This document shows, one piece after another, positions 18,824 through 28,901 of a stretch of 64,000 bases of DNA. Position numbers and translations under genes: made by a program. The stretch's first letter is position 1. The number at the start of each line of letters is the position of its first letter. The stretch covers positions 1-64,000 of the IMG/VR virus record IMGVR_UViG_3300047554_000629, one strand, 5' to 3'. This DNA comes from an uncultured virus (IMG/VR IMGVR_UViG_3300047554_000629). Taxonomy: Duplodnaviria; Heunggongvirae; Uroviricota; Caudoviricetes. The notes under the pieces were generated by a model. It searched no databases, was not told where the DNA came from, and was given only the letters and a program-made list of their open reading frames with translations.

Positions 18824-21118
18824 TCACCAATCCACTATGGGGAATCGTGCCGTATAAGACAAATGGACGTTAGTGTTGCTCAATGCGTAATGGCCGCTTG
18901 AAACTGCTCCAGACGTAGCCTGAATCTGCAAATTGGATGTATCATAAACCCTAGCCGAGCATAATGCGATAGTTCCTGTTCCAAGAGAAGCAGTTCCACT
19001 TCCAACGGTCGAAGGCATATCCGTGTGTGCCGACATTGCGCCAGCAACGACAAGTCCAGTGTCAATCACCGAACTCCCTGGAGTCGGAATCACGAACAAG
19101 TAAGTGCCTGTTCCAGCAGCCCCAGCCGCCGTTTGTTCATAGAAGAAACTCAACAGCATGTCCTGCCCTTGCCGCTTCCATGCGCACAGTTCCTCTCTCG
19201 TAGCGCCCTTTGTTGGGTTTGCAGTAACTGCATTGATTGTTGGGGTATAAGTTGTCCAGTCCTTGTGAACATGAGACACCACTTGCCAACCGCTTAGGCC
19301 CATTGATCGAACAACCAGCTGTTCACTTGCAAGAACGATCAGATAACGCCGATTCCCATTGAGTGAATTAGCACCGAAATCAAGCCTGACATACGCCGAA
19401 GTCATTGCTGAATCACCCTTGAAGTGCAGATACCTTCCGGCATCCTCTGACTTCAAAGTTGAAACAGTAACATCGTACCCACCAGTTGAGAGAGTGATTT
19501 CACGTCCAAACTCGTCAGCGTCAATCGTTGTTGCGCCTGTGACGCTTAATGCTTCACGGCCTCGCCATTGAAGAACGTCATCGTTGTACGGCTCGCAATG
19601 GAAGCTATCGACATGGAAGTCAATTGCCGTAGCGTCAGTCGTTGCAATGTGAACGAACAGCCGGTAGCTTGAACTACTTGACCCTAGCCGAGTGATGAAA
19701 CAAATGTCACTCCCGGCAGTGCCAACTGAGTCAACACGAGAGAAGCCGCTAAGCAGTGCAGCCCCGGTCACATCGTAAATGCCAAACCTGAGAACCCCAT
19801 TTGTCGTGTCTGTGACAGTGGTGCTTCCTCTGACCATCGCCCTGACAATGACCGCTTTGCTCCTCATCGTGTCAGGAACAGTGAAATCGTAGCTGATGCC
19901 TTCGCCCTGTCTATTGGCCGCGCTCTTGGTGATCTTGAGAGACTGAGCACCTTCCATGTACGTCGTGGCATCAACGGCAATCGTGATGTTTGTAGCGCCG
20001 CCGGTCGCGTCTACTGGAGTAGTTCCAGCCGCATCGGCATAAGTTGACCATCCGGTTGTTCCGTCCTCAAAGTCCGCGTTGGCAATGTAATTGATCGGCA
20101 TCCGTGACCGATTCGCCGCACTCAGAGTCGCCGCCCCAGAAGTGAATGTTCCATCGGCATTCTGAATCAGCGTGTTACCGGCACTTCCAGACGCCGAAAT
20201 GATCTGCTCAGGAACTACGGCCCCTGTCCACGGATAACGCCATCCACCGGGAGGAGCCTGTGACCATCTTGGGTCAGGGAACAGCCCTGGCCCTGGCATC
20301 GGAAACGGCATCGGCCCAGGCTTGGGAAGAATGCCAATGATCGGCGATATAATCGGCCAAATAGGCGAAGGGAGCGGATTAGGCGGGATTCCACCAGGAG
20401 GAATTGGCCCAGGCATCGGCGGAACAGGAGGCCACGGCGGGATTCCGCCTCCACCAGGGGGAATTGGCGACGGCATTGGCGGGACCGTTCCTCCGCCGCC
20501 TGGGGGCATTGGAGGCATCGGATAGCAATCAGGAAGATTCATCCCAGGGCACATCGGGAGAATCAACGGATATTCCGTATAAAATGGGTAATCTCTTAAT
20601 TCAACCCATACGCCATTCCCCTTGTAACGAATAAATGGTCCAGTCGTCTGTGATTGCCCACACAGAACATACGCTCTTTGGATGTCTCCAACTGAAAAAC
20701 AAGTAGCAGCAGTTGCAATCACATAGCAGCATTTTGATGGAGGAGGAGGTTCTGGATCAGTTCCCCACGGCGTACAAGTTGCACAAGCCGATCCGATGAT
20801 GTCATAAACGTAATCGGTGTATACGTTAGTCTGGCCTCTGATCCGAAGCCAGACCAAATCTCCAACATTGAAGCATCCGCAGTTCAAGTCAACAACAAAA
20901 GCCGGAGCACCTTCAGGAGCTACGCCAGATGCGCCCTCTCGGCCCATCGGATGATCGTCATAGACCAATCCACTTGGGTTAAGCTGAAGCTCTTTCCACC
21001 CATAAGGTGTAAGCACATTCCCATCGCTGTCGGCGACATTTGCGCCGACAGACGTTATCTCAGCCAAGAATATGTCGCCAGCTGGCTGAAGGTTCGGGTC
21101 ATACCAATCATGTGCCAA
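18824..21118 (-). CDS. tail tip/fibre protein with Pro-rich linker and carbohydrate-binding-like domain
   Basis: Cys-rich N part, P/G-rich linker, NYIANADFEDGTTGW, WTTYTPT. Confidence 0.65.
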   Translation of the reverse strand: MAHDWYDPNLQPAGDIFLAEITSVGANVADSDGNVLTPYGWKELQLNPSGLVYDDHPMGREGASGVAPEGAPAFVVDLNCGCFNVGDLVWLRIRGQTNVYTDYVYDIIGSACATCTPWGTDPEPPPPSKCCYVIATAATCFSVGDIQRAYVLCGQSQTTGPFIRYKGNGVWVELRDYPFYTEYPLILPMCPGMNLPDCYPMPPMPPGGGGTVPPMPSPIPPGGGGIPPWPPVPPMPGPIPPGGIPPNPLPSPIWPIISPIIGILPKPGPMPFPMPGPGLFPDPRWSQAPPGGWRYPWTGAVVPEQIISASGSAGNTLIQNADGTFTSGAATLSAANRSRMPINYIANADFEDGTTGWSTYADAAGTTPVDATGGATNITIAVDATTYMEGAQSLKITKSAANRQGEGISYDFTVPDTMRSKAVIVRAMVRGSTTVTDTTNGVLRFGIYDVTGAALLSGFSRVDSVGTAGSDICFITRLGSSSSSYRLFVHIATTDATAIDFHVDSFHCEPYNDDVLQWRGREALSVTGATTIDADEFGREITLSTGGYDVTVSTLKSEDAGRYLHFKGDSAMTSAYVRLDFGANSLNGNRRYLIVLASEQLVVRSMGLSGWQVVSHVHKDWTTYTPTINAVTANPTKGATREELCAWKRQGQDMLLSFFYEQTAAGAAGTGTYLFVIPTPGSSVIDTGLVVAGAMSAHTDMPSTVGSGTASLGTGTIALCSARVYDTSNLQIQATSGAVSSGHYALSNTNVHLSYTARFPIVDW

Positions 21119-21130
21119 GGTCTATCCCCA

Positions 21131-21157
21131 GAAATAGGCGCGACTCGCGCCTATTTC
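21131..21157. repeat. 23-bp palindrome family, copy 3
   Basis: GAAATAGGCGCGACTCGCGCCTATTTC overlapping the stop of 21151-21459. Confidence 0.9.
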
Positions 21158-21459
21158 AGTTCAGGCCATTTGTTCAAGCCACAATCCAAGCCAATCCATC
21201 TCGACTTGCCCGCTTTCCCGAATACCGGGTCTCTATGCGGAATGATGTCAAGCCAGCATCCACACTCCGCGCATCGCTGGTCTTCGTCTCTGTACATCTC
21301 GCACTTCGAAGTCTCGCCATCACCACGGCATATTCTGAGCCGAATCTGAACCCTGTCTTCGTCAAGCGGGCCTTTCTTTCGGATTGCTGCGGCAGCATAG
21401 TTCGCCGCCATCTGCAAATCCGAAGGCAAAGGAGTACAACCTGTGCATGGTTCACTCAA
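21151..21459 (-). CDS. Cys-rich small protein
   Basis: RLRIC...C...RCAECGC...CGLNKW. Confidence 0.6.
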   Translation of the reverse strand: MSEPCTGCTPLPSDLQMAANYAAAAIRKKGPLDEDRVQIRLRICRGDGETSKCEMYRDEDQRCAECGCWLDIIPHRDPVFGKAGKSRWIGLDCGLNKWPELK

Positions 21460-21869
21460 GCGTACACTTCTCCCTCAGCCGTCAACTCGTAAGTGATTCC
21501 AGCGTGTGTGCTGGCAATCAGTGTATCGCTCGTAGTTGGAAGCTCAACCTTGCCGCCAATGATATAGCACAGCCCATGCGGAGCCACAGTCGGAGGCGGT
21601 CCAACGCCCGGCGCACCAGACGGCTGCACAATTGCAAATCCGGCAAACTGCGCCCTTGAGCCGTTCTTCTTGAACAACTTGATGATGTCAGCGCCAGTGG
21701 CCGTAGTCACCGTCGAGTTGAACTTGACCATGTAGACCTTCTTCCGGCCACTGGACGTGCCAGTAGCCAGAGTAGCATACGTCCCAGTCGTGCCGTCCCA
21801 GTTCGTATTGGCCACACTGATCGTTTGCTGATCTGACGTTTCAGATGTTGGGAAACCTGGACCTGCCAT
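21456..21869 (-). CDS. virion structural protein
   Basis: ANTNWDGTTGT; position in tail operon. Confidence 0.55.
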   Translation of the reverse strand: MAGPGFPTSETSDQQTISVANTNWDGTTGTYATLATGTSSGRKKVYMVKFNSTVTTATGADIIKLFKKNGSRAQFAGFAIVQPSGAPGVGPPPTVAPHGLCYIIGGKVELPTTSDTLIASTHAGITYELTAEGEVYA

Positions 21870-21878
21870 GAATATCTC

Positions 21879-23006
21879 CTAAGCGATTACGCCTGGATTC
21901 GTGAAAAGAAATTGATAAGGGAAAGATGGTATGATCGGTCTTCCGCTTGAAGCCGCGTGTCCAGGAACTTGTGTTTTTACATAGTACCAAGACGACGTAT
22001 GGGCGAACGGAACAAGATTGTGTCCGTGCGGAACGTCTTGAGTTCCGGTTGTGACAGCAAGCTCAGCCGCCCCTCTTGTCGGATTCATCTCGGTGAAAAA
22101 GAACGTGATGTCAACAAGTTTCTGATTGGCAAAAACCCCTGCCGATCCAGACCATTCTAAAACATCTGGAACAATCGGCGTGTATCGAACGACGTTGATC
22201 CCTTCCAACAGAAGCGTGCCTTTGCCATAATTCCACCAATCATACTGGTTCACCTTGCCTATTGTCCGATCAATGTATGATTCAATAGTCGGGTCTTGTG
22301 TGTTTACATAAAGCTCCGGGACGTGATACCACGTCATCTTGATTGTTTTCTTTTTGAGGAACATCCTCAACTGGCCATTGCCAGCTGACTTACCATGAGG
22401 GACCGCACTGGCCGCAACGTCAAATATGAATCTTCCTGCGTTTGCAGTGACGTACTCTCCAGATGGGATAGTCTCTACGTCAACATATCTGAGCCACTCT
22501 TGCGCATACGTTACATCCGATTGAACTGTTCCGTTTTCTCGATAGATGCTAGTAACGCCAGTTGGGATGCTGTCATCTTTAAGAACAGCAAATGGCCTTG
22601 GGGTGAATGAACAGCCTCCGAATCTCCATCCAGGATACATGGCAGACTTAGAGATCAGTGATGCCTCAAAAATACCTGGTCCATCTGTCGTAAATTGTGA
22701 CGGCCTGCCGACCCCTCGAATGTCGCTTATCCCTTCACAGTAACACCACCAGAAAAACGGATCGGCCTTTGGTTGTACTCTTTTTAGCCTGTAGCCGTCA
22801 TTGTGCGTGTGCGTGCTTCCTGTAAGCTCAATTATTGCGTCTGTAACCTCTATAGGGTCTGTGATAGCCTCATGTCCTGTAGCCGTCTGACCGTCTTGGC
22901 CGATGATGTAGTTGCGAACAGACTTCAACCCACCTCGAACCGACACGCTTGCCGTGCTTGGGCTGACTCCAGCCGTTGTCTCCATGTATAAGCGAAGATC
23001 AGCCAT
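21879..23006 (-). CDS. putative tail tip/hub protein
   Basis: Follows tape measure; IGKVN...GTLLLEG. Confidence 0.55.
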   Translation of the reverse strand: MADLRLYMETTAGVSPSTASVSVRGGLKSVRNYIIGQDGQTATGHEAITDPIEVTDAIIELTGSTHTHNDGYRLKRVQPKADPFFWWCYCEGISDIRGVGRPSQFTTDGPGIFEASLISKSAMYPGWRFGGCSFTPRPFAVLKDDSIPTGVTSIYRENGTVQSDVTYAQEWLRYVDVETIPSGEYVTANAGRFIFDVAASAVPHGKSAGNGQLRMFLKKKTIKMTWYHVPELYVNTQDPTIESYIDRTIGKVNQYDWWNYGKGTLLLEGINVVRYTPIVPDVLEWSGSAGVFANQKLVDITFFFTEMNPTRGAAELAVTTGTQDVPHGHNLVPFAHTSSWYYVKTQVPGHAASSGRPIIPSFPYQFLFTNPGVIA

Positions 23007-23017
23007 TCAAAATCCTC

Positions 23018-24208
23018 TTATCGACGGAAGTGCATAAGACGGTCAAGTTTGTCGAGCCCCATCTCAAATGATTTCCCAACAGCCTTTGCCTTCGTGTATT
23101 CTGTCTCAACGTCACCAGCCAGCCTCCTGGCAGCACTAGCAACATCCTTCACATCATTGAATATGCCAGTGACTTCCTCCTTCTTAGCCTCAAGCCACTT
23201 CTGCGCCATCTCGGCAGACTCTTTGATCTTCTCAACTGTCGGCATCTTTTCTTTAACCAAAGCTACAAGGTCTTTGATCTCGTTGACCGTCTTGTTTGTT
23301 CCGTCATCCCCATTGGCAATCAGCTTCTCAAGTTCACCCTTGATCTGGCCAAGGAACTCAACTGCCTGCTCTGCCGGGTCTTTCTTTTTGTCGTCTCCGT
23401 AAGCACTGGCCCGAAACGCCTCAAGCTGAACGCTCTTGGCCAAATCCCCGATAGCTTTGAACGCAGGATTCATCAACACCGCTGTTCCGCCAGACTCTTC
23501 TTTTTCAGATTTCCCGGTTTTGCCGAGTCCCTTGATCAGCCCCTCGATCCCTTTGGTCCATCCGAATGACGCCATCAGGCGAGCAGAAAACAGTATCATG
23601 TCTTTGATCAGGTTCCTTACCGTCTCACGAAGTTCCTTCATCACGTCCTTAACCGACTTGCCCTCTCCAATAAGCCCGCTCATCGTCCCTTTGACCATCT
23701 CTGCAAGGCCGCGTGAGAACGCCGTGAAAGAAGACCAAACATCTTTCATGATGTCGATGACGCCAACCATCACATCCTTGATCATTCTCAATGTCGGCAT
23801 CATGCCATTGATCATGATCGACATATCATCGAACGACTGAATCAACACATCGCCAATTGCCTGTGACAGCTCCTGGATCATCGGCTCAAGTTTACGCATG
23901 ATCGGCAGCAACTTGTCCGACAAATCCTTTGTGACCTCTCTGGCCACATCGACCATTGGCCGCATTGCAACGCCAATCACGGCGTTCAGGTCTCTGAACT
24001 TCCTCCCAAGATCATCGACAAGAGCCGGATCGATTGCTTTGACAAAGTGAGATGCAATGTCTGTGAGCTGCTCAAACGGAACAATCATCATCTTCATCTG
24101 ACCGACGAATGTTCTCGTCATGTCAACGAACGGCTGTACGATGCTCGACATACCCGGAGTAGCAAACCCCGCAGCCATCGCGCCAGACATCTCTCCAAAC
24201 GAAGCCAT
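23018..24208 (-). CDS. short tape-measure-like protein
   Basis: 396 aa amphipathic helical protein after tube and chaperone genes. Confidence 0.55.
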   Translation of the reverse strand: MASFGEMSGAMAAGFATPGMSSIVQPFVDMTRTFVGQMKMMIVPFEQLTDIASHFVKAIDPALVDDLGRKFRDLNAVIGVAMRPMVDVAREVTKDLSDKLLPIMRKLEPMIQELSQAIGDVLIQSFDDMSIMINGMMPTLRMIKDVMVGVIDIMKDVWSSFTAFSRGLAEMVKGTMSGLIGEGKSVKDVMKELRETVRNLIKDMILFSARLMASFGWTKGIEGLIKGLGKTGKSEKEESGGTAVLMNPAFKAIGDLAKSVQLEAFRASAYGDDKKKDPAEQAVEFLGQIKGELEKLIANGDDGTNKTVNEIKDLVALVKEKMPTVEKIKESAEMAQKWLEAKKEEVTGIFNDVKDVASAARRLAGDVETEYTKAKAVGKSFEMGLDKLDRLMHFRR

Positions 24209-24458
24209 TAAACACCTAATTCAAGTCGCTTGAGAACAGCAATCACATAGTCCCGGCTCACTCCCTTGGGGAGCAACACAGACGGCCCCTTCGGCTTGCC
24301 GTCTACAACCGGGTGAATGATCCTGATCCGCATTTGCAGAAGCCTCCCGATGTTGTCACGGGAGTTATCAGGGACGAACTTCAGTCCCTTCGGGAACTCG
24401 ATTCGTTCGCCGTCCGTCATGATCGCAAATGCCGGATCGCCGCTGCTGTCCACTTCGC

Positions 24459-25220
24459 TCAGGACTGCTTCGGCAACTGCTTGTTCATCTGAGAAAGACA
24501 TGCTTCTCTCACTTTCTTCATTTTGAAACACTTCACCAAATGATCGTAAGCATCCGCAAGATTCGGCGTATCATTGCTGACGCCGTAGTTTGCCAACTCT
24601 CCAGACTCTGCCATTGCAGAGAAAGCCGACAATCCATCACGATCCGGCATCTGGAGCACATTGACAAGTTTGTCGTAAATCCGGCAATTCTCTTTCCACG
24701 ACGTATCGAAGAAGTTCCTTATGGCCTCTTCATTGGCTTTCTTGTCATTGCTCATGACGCAACCATAATTCTGCAACTGGCCGTGCATGGCCAACGTGGC
24801 AATCATGACGTATTGCCGATCTTTGGTGACATCACGCGGCACACTGAACGGGTCTTTATCGTTCTCGCCGGGATAAACATCAAAGCACTTGTGCTGGTCC
24901 AATCCAAGACCGCCGATCATCTGAAGACCGCTCTTCGCCATGTCATCCTCTTCTTTCTGTTCTTCGTTCTTCTCGTTTTGCTTGTCTGGTTCCAACGGCG
25001 GAATCACCAGAGCACTTGCCATCTCTTTGTTCTTCTCAAGAACGCCGCTAATCGACTCGCTCATGCTGTTCAGCATCTGCCAAAGCTCAAACGTCCTTCG
25101 TGGAGTCTGATTCGCTATCTCTTCGTCTGAGCAACTCAGTGGCCACGACTTCAGCTGGCAGAACGCCCTGTTCCAGTCCATCTTGAGGTCTTCCCTGTCC
25201 TCAAGTTTTGGGACACTCAC
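24459..25220 (-). CDS. hypothetical protein, probable internal start at 24941
   Basis: ORF; GAGG RBS before MAKSGLQMIG. Confidence 0.5.
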   Translation of the reverse strand: MSVPKLEDREDLKMDWNRAFCQLKSWPLSCSDEEIANQTPRRTFELWQMLNSMSESISGVLEKNKEMASALVIPPLEPDKQNEKNEEQKEEDDMAKSGLQMIGGLGLDQHKCFDVYPGENDKDPFSVPRDVTKDRQYVMIATLAMHGQLQNYGCVMSNDKKANEEAIRNFFDTSWKENCRIYDKLVNVLQMPDRDGLSAFSAMAESGELANYGVSNDTPNLADAYDHLVKCFKMKKVREACLSQMNKQLPKQS

Positions 25221-25237
25221 TGGCCCTGAATGTCCCC

Positions 25238-25723
25238 CTACTCTTTTGGGGGCGACGGCAATCCATTCTTCATGGTCAAAGAAATCTTGGCCCTCAGTTC
25301 CTCCGGCTTAGCCGCCATCAACTCAATCGACTCGTCAAACGAAAGGCCAGTGAACAGAGAGACCAGAACAACGCTTCCCTCGAATATCACGCCAGACTCT
25401 TTCGGTGCGGCCTCGCCCCTGTCCGCCATGCCCATGATCTTCATCATGATTGGGCTTCCGAATGAATATGTCCCATTCTCAACACAATCATCGGAGAAAG
25501 AATTTTCCAAGGCATCGACTTGCTCCTGCGTCATCAGCCCCATTTCTTTTTTCTTCTTCCACAGAACCAGTTTCACACCAAACGCGCGGTCGATCAGATA
25601 CGACTCAACAGCGGAAATGATTGACTTCCACTTCAATGGCATGATCTGGACAGTGCGCCCTTTGAACTCAATCTCCAAAGGCGATGCTTGCCCACCAAGA
25701 CCGGCTGAAACGCTCGCAGACAT
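25238..25723 (-). CDS. putative tail assembly chaperone
   Basis: Position between tube and tape measure. Confidence 0.45.
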   Translation of the reverse strand: MSASVSAGLGGQASPLEIEFKGRTVQIMPLKWKSIISAVESYLIDRAFGVKLVLWKKKKEMGLMTQEQVDALENSFSDDCVENGTYSFGSPIMMKIMGMADRGEAAPKESGVIFEGSVVLVSLFTGLSFDESIELMAAKPEELRAKISLTMKNGLPSPPKE

Positions 25724-25731
25724 AAGGCCCC

Positions 25732-26181
25732 TTAGAAGGTAACTGAGAATGATCCGTTGGATTCAATCGACACAGAAGCACGAGCCACGGCATTGCTTGT
25801 AGCAGTGCTAAGCCGAATATCGGCAACACGGAATGTGATCGTGAAACTTGAACCGCCGCCGCCAAGAGCAAATACCATCGAAATGCTCTGCCCTTGAGTT
25901 AATCCAAGAGAACTGTTGTAAGGCCCTTCGACAGTGCCCTTACACGCGAAAATGCCAGCCTCATTCGACTGATAACCGCTAGATGTAAAATTCGTTGTCG
26001 GAATGATTTCTGCTGGGAATGACAAGTCAACCTTGTCCATCGGCTGAGAAGTTGCGCTCCAAGTCCAGCTACTCGCCTTTCCCGGATAAAAGGTGCCAAG
26101 CAGAAGAAGAAACGGCAGCAGCAAGATTAGATAATCAAGCCACTTATCAGCGTCTTTCAAAAACTGAAATAATTCAAACAT
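25732..26181 (-). CDS. putative tail tube protein
   Basis: FYPGK...TTNFTSSGYQSNEAGIFACKGTVEG...IESNG. Confidence 0.6.
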   Translation of the reverse strand: MFELFQFLKDADKWLDYLILLLPFLLLLGTFYPGKASSWTWSATSQPMDKVDLSFPAEIIPTTNFTSSGYQSNEAGIFACKGTVEGPYNSSLGLTQGQSISMVFALGGGGSSFTITFRVADIRLSTATSNAVARASVSIESNGSFSVTF

Positions 26182-26192
26182 TTCTTCTCCTA

Positions 26193-26684
26193 TCACGCAG
26201 TCTTGAGAACAACCGCAAGTGTGTACGTCAATGTCCCAGACCCGGCTGTGTTTGTCAGTCTGATATTTCTTGTAGTGTTGTCAACGGTGGTCGCCGTCGT
26301 TGCTCCGAACGCAAACAAGCCGCCAGAGGCTCCATTGACCTGCGGGCCTGTGCCAGCAAGAAACCAACTCAACGGATTCGCCGCACCAGGGTCATATCTC
26401 CATGTCGTGCCAGAGGTCTTTACAAATATCATGTAAGCGCCGGTTGGCGTCAACGCCGTTCCGAATGCCGTCTCTGTCAGCGACCGAATATCGATTGTCA
26501 CTGCGGCAGCTGCTGATAAAGTCCCCTGAACGAAGTAAACTTCACTGGCATCGCTGGCCCCGATTGTCGGGACTATTTCGCCAACTAAAGCACTTGAATG
26601 CGTCGATGAATCAAAGCCGGTGATGGTATGGAGCTGTGTCCACGCCATACTTACATCAAGCCGCGCTGTGACCAGATTCGCCAC
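26193..26684 (-). CDS. virion structural protein
   Basis: Thr/Ala-rich beta protein in neck/tail region. Confidence 0.55.
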   Translation of the reverse strand: MANLVTARLDVSMAWTQLHTITGFDSSTHSSALVGEIVPTIGASDASEVYFVQGTLSAAAAVTIDIRSLTETAFGTALTPTGAYMIFVKTSGTTWRYDPGAANPLSWFLAGTGPQVNGASGGLFAFGATTATTVDNTTRNIRLTNTAGSGTLTYTLAVVLKTA

Positions 26685-27139
26685 TACTTACCGCCTCTCA
26701 CAGCCGCAAGGATTTTCTGCTTGTGTGCTTCTTCAGCAGCAATCTCTTTGTTGAATCTCTGTGTGTCCTTGGGGCAATCGACGTAGGACACCTGATCGCC
26801 CTCTCCTCTGGCCCGCTTGATGATCGACTTCACGCATGAAGGAATCGAGTCCAGGAAGGATTTACAAGATGCTTCACGCTCCTTGAGGCTGCTCGACTTC
26901 CAGCAGTCTTCGCACATCACCGCCTGACTCTTCTCGCCGTCAATCATCAAGACGTTATCAGTCGGCTTTCGATGGATGTTCTCAACAACCAGCTTCCCAA
27001 CTTCGTAGGAGATGTAATGGAACGGCTTCCATATCATGCTGTCCTTGCACTTCGGGCATTCCATCATTCCAAGCGACTTCCCCTTGGCGTTCTCTGCCGC
27101 TATCTCTTCAGGGGAATACTCGATTGTCACCTTTGGCAT
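26684..27139 (-). CDS. zinc-finger hypothetical protein
   Basis: CPKC...CEDC. Confidence 0.5.
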   Translation of the reverse strand: MPKVTIEYSPEEIAAENAKGKSLGMMECPKCKDSMIWKPFHYISYEVGKLVVENIHRKPTDNVLMIDGEKSQAVMCEDCWKSSSLKEREASCKSFLDSIPSCVKSIIKRARGEGDQVSYVDCPKDTQRFNKEIAAEEAHKQKILAAVRGGK

Positions 27140-27146
27140 CGCATCC

Positions 27147-27701
27147 TCACGGTCGAGTATCGTCAGCAGACAAATCCCAGTTGAACTCAAGTTCCAATGT
27201 CAGCCTGAACGGACGCCATGTGCTTGTTCCAGGCCCCGGAGGCTCAAACGAAACCCACAGCATCGGCCTCTTCAGGATCGCATCACCATCGGCATTGAGA
27301 AGGTCTTCTTCCCAAAACGCCGCAAACAACCGGCCAAGAAGCCTATTCCCCCTCGGTGGAGGAGAAGCGGCCTCATCTACTGCCGCCTCTGCTCTCCAAA
27401 ACAAATCGAGATCGTTCCTCATCCACAGCGTAATCCGCACCTGCCCCTGAACAATGAACTCGCTGATGTTCCCGCCGCCTATGAACACATCGCCATGCGC
27501 CCAAACAAGACTCGGATACCTGACCGTGATAAACCTGTCCGAGAACGGCATGTTCCCAGGCAACGCCTCATCATCCAAAGTCATGTACACCTGCGATGAA
27601 TCGACTATGTTCGCATCAATCACCTTCTGGGCCATCCGCTTATGGACCGTATCAAGCGATGTCCCAGAAAGCCGAGTCACATCCGGGTCGAAGGCCATCA
27701 A
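27147..27701 (-). CDS. putative tail terminator/neck protein
   Basis: Position after adaptor; size 184 aa. Confidence 0.45.
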   Translation of the reverse strand: MMAFDPDVTRLSGTSLDTVHKRMAQKVIDANIVDSSQVYMTLDDEALPGNMPFSDRFITVRYPSLVWAHGDVFIGGGNISEFIVQGQVRITLWMRNDLDLFWRAEAAVDEAASPPPRGNRLLGRLFAAFWEEDLLNADGDAILKRPMLWVSFEPPGPGTSTWRPFRLTLELEFNWDLSADDTRP

Positions 27702-28237
27702 TTAGTCCCCGTCAACGGATTGCTCGTCCAGTTATCCGACCGGCTTCCAAAGAACCGGCTGAATACTTCCGTTGGCCGATTGGAAATCCCGTCTGACCGC
27801 TTGCTGACATCCACCGTAGAAATCTGGCCTGCCTCAGCAGCCTCTTGGATGCCAAACACCAACTCGCCCTTGTTCAATGCGTCCAGCATTTCACGGGCCT
27901 CTTTGTAGCCGGACACCTTCTCAGGCTCAGGGATTCTCCTCTTGGCCAAGTGATAGAACGCCAAATCGCACACAAGCCCCTTCAGTGCAGCCTGACTGGC
28001 CCCTGTCAATGCGGCCAAGTCTGTTGGTGTGTACCTTTCGCCGCGATAGCAAGCCATTTCCACTTCGCCAGATGCCCGAAGCAAAGCCTTCGACACGATG
28101 TTGTTGGTCGGCAAGTCTCCAGGCGTCAACGTCACACCAGCATCGCTCGCATAATGGCAAATCTTGTTCACATCATGTGCGTCAACAAGATCGTCAGAGT
28201 CGGCGTATGACGTTGCGCTAGAAACAATCGTGGCCAT
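27698..28237 (-). CDS. head-tail adaptor (Mu gp36/DUF1320-like)
   Basis: YADSDDL...ALLRASGEV...LVCDLAFYHLAKRR...YKEAREMLDAL. Confidence 0.7.
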   Translation of the reverse strand: MATIVSSATSYADSDDLVDAHDVNKICHYASDAGVTLTPGDLPTNNIVSKALLRASGEVEMACYRGERYTPTDLAALTGASQAALKGLVCDLAFYHLAKRRIPEPEKVSGYKEAREMLDALNKGELVFGIQEAAEAGQISTVDVSKRSDGISNRPTEVFSRFFGSRSDNWTSNPLTGTN

Positions 28238-28258
28238 TCATTCACCAGTCCTACAACG

Positions 28259-28291
28259 AAAAAACCCGTCGCCGCCAAGGGCGACGACGGG
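28259..28291 (-). terminator. intrinsic terminator
   Basis: CCCGTCG stem with a T run on the minus strand. Confidence 0.55.
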
Positions 28292-28313
28292 CGGCGTAAC
28301 GGAGCACAATCAA

Positions 28314-28880
28314 TCAAATGACCCGATGCTCTTTCCACACAATCGTCGATGCGTAGAGAGCCACGCTTGCCTTCGTGCAAGCCAAGTAAACCAAAACTCC
28401 AGACGGCACAATCAGAGAACCATTGAACTCGTGAACAGCCGCAGTCGTTGCGTGCGCGGTTCCTGTGTCTGCTTCAAGGTTGATCGTGAACAGCGTTCGC
28501 ATCCATTCGGTTGCAACACCAGCAGTGACAGTGTTTGTTCCGGTATTCGAGCAATTGATAGACGACGACTTGCCGAAAAACAACCGGCCATTGACAGGCC
28601 TGTTTGTTTCATCAAGAGCCGTCATAAGCTGGCCGGTAGCAATTGCAGTCAGTCCCCTTCGTGCCATCAAACCAATTGCGCCGAAGTCTGCCGTCCCAGA
28701 AGTCCTTGCACAACTCACAGAAACCAACTCGATGTCAACGCCAGACTGCGGCGGATTCCAGATCGGCAATGCACCGCCGCCAAGGGCCGTCGCTGTATAG
28801 ATCGGGATCGCAAGCCCAAGCGGGGTAGTGCTCAGGCTGAACGTGATCCCGTCTTTTGTGTCCTGATACATCGCTGTCAT
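28314..28880 (-). CDS. capsid-associated structural protein
   Basis: IWNPPQSG motif; directly after capsid gene. Confidence 0.5.
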   Translation of the reverse strand: MTAMYQDTKDGITFSLSTTPLGLAIPIYTATALGGGALPIWNPPQSGVDIELVSVSCARTSGTADFGAIGLMARRGLTAIATGQLMTALDETNRPVNGRLFFGKSSSINCSNTGTNTVTAGVATEWMRTLFTINLEADTGTAHATTAAVHEFNGSLIVPSGVLVYLACTKASVALYASTIVWKEHRVI

Positions 28881-28901
28881 TCTCCCAAGTCATCGATCAG
28901 A

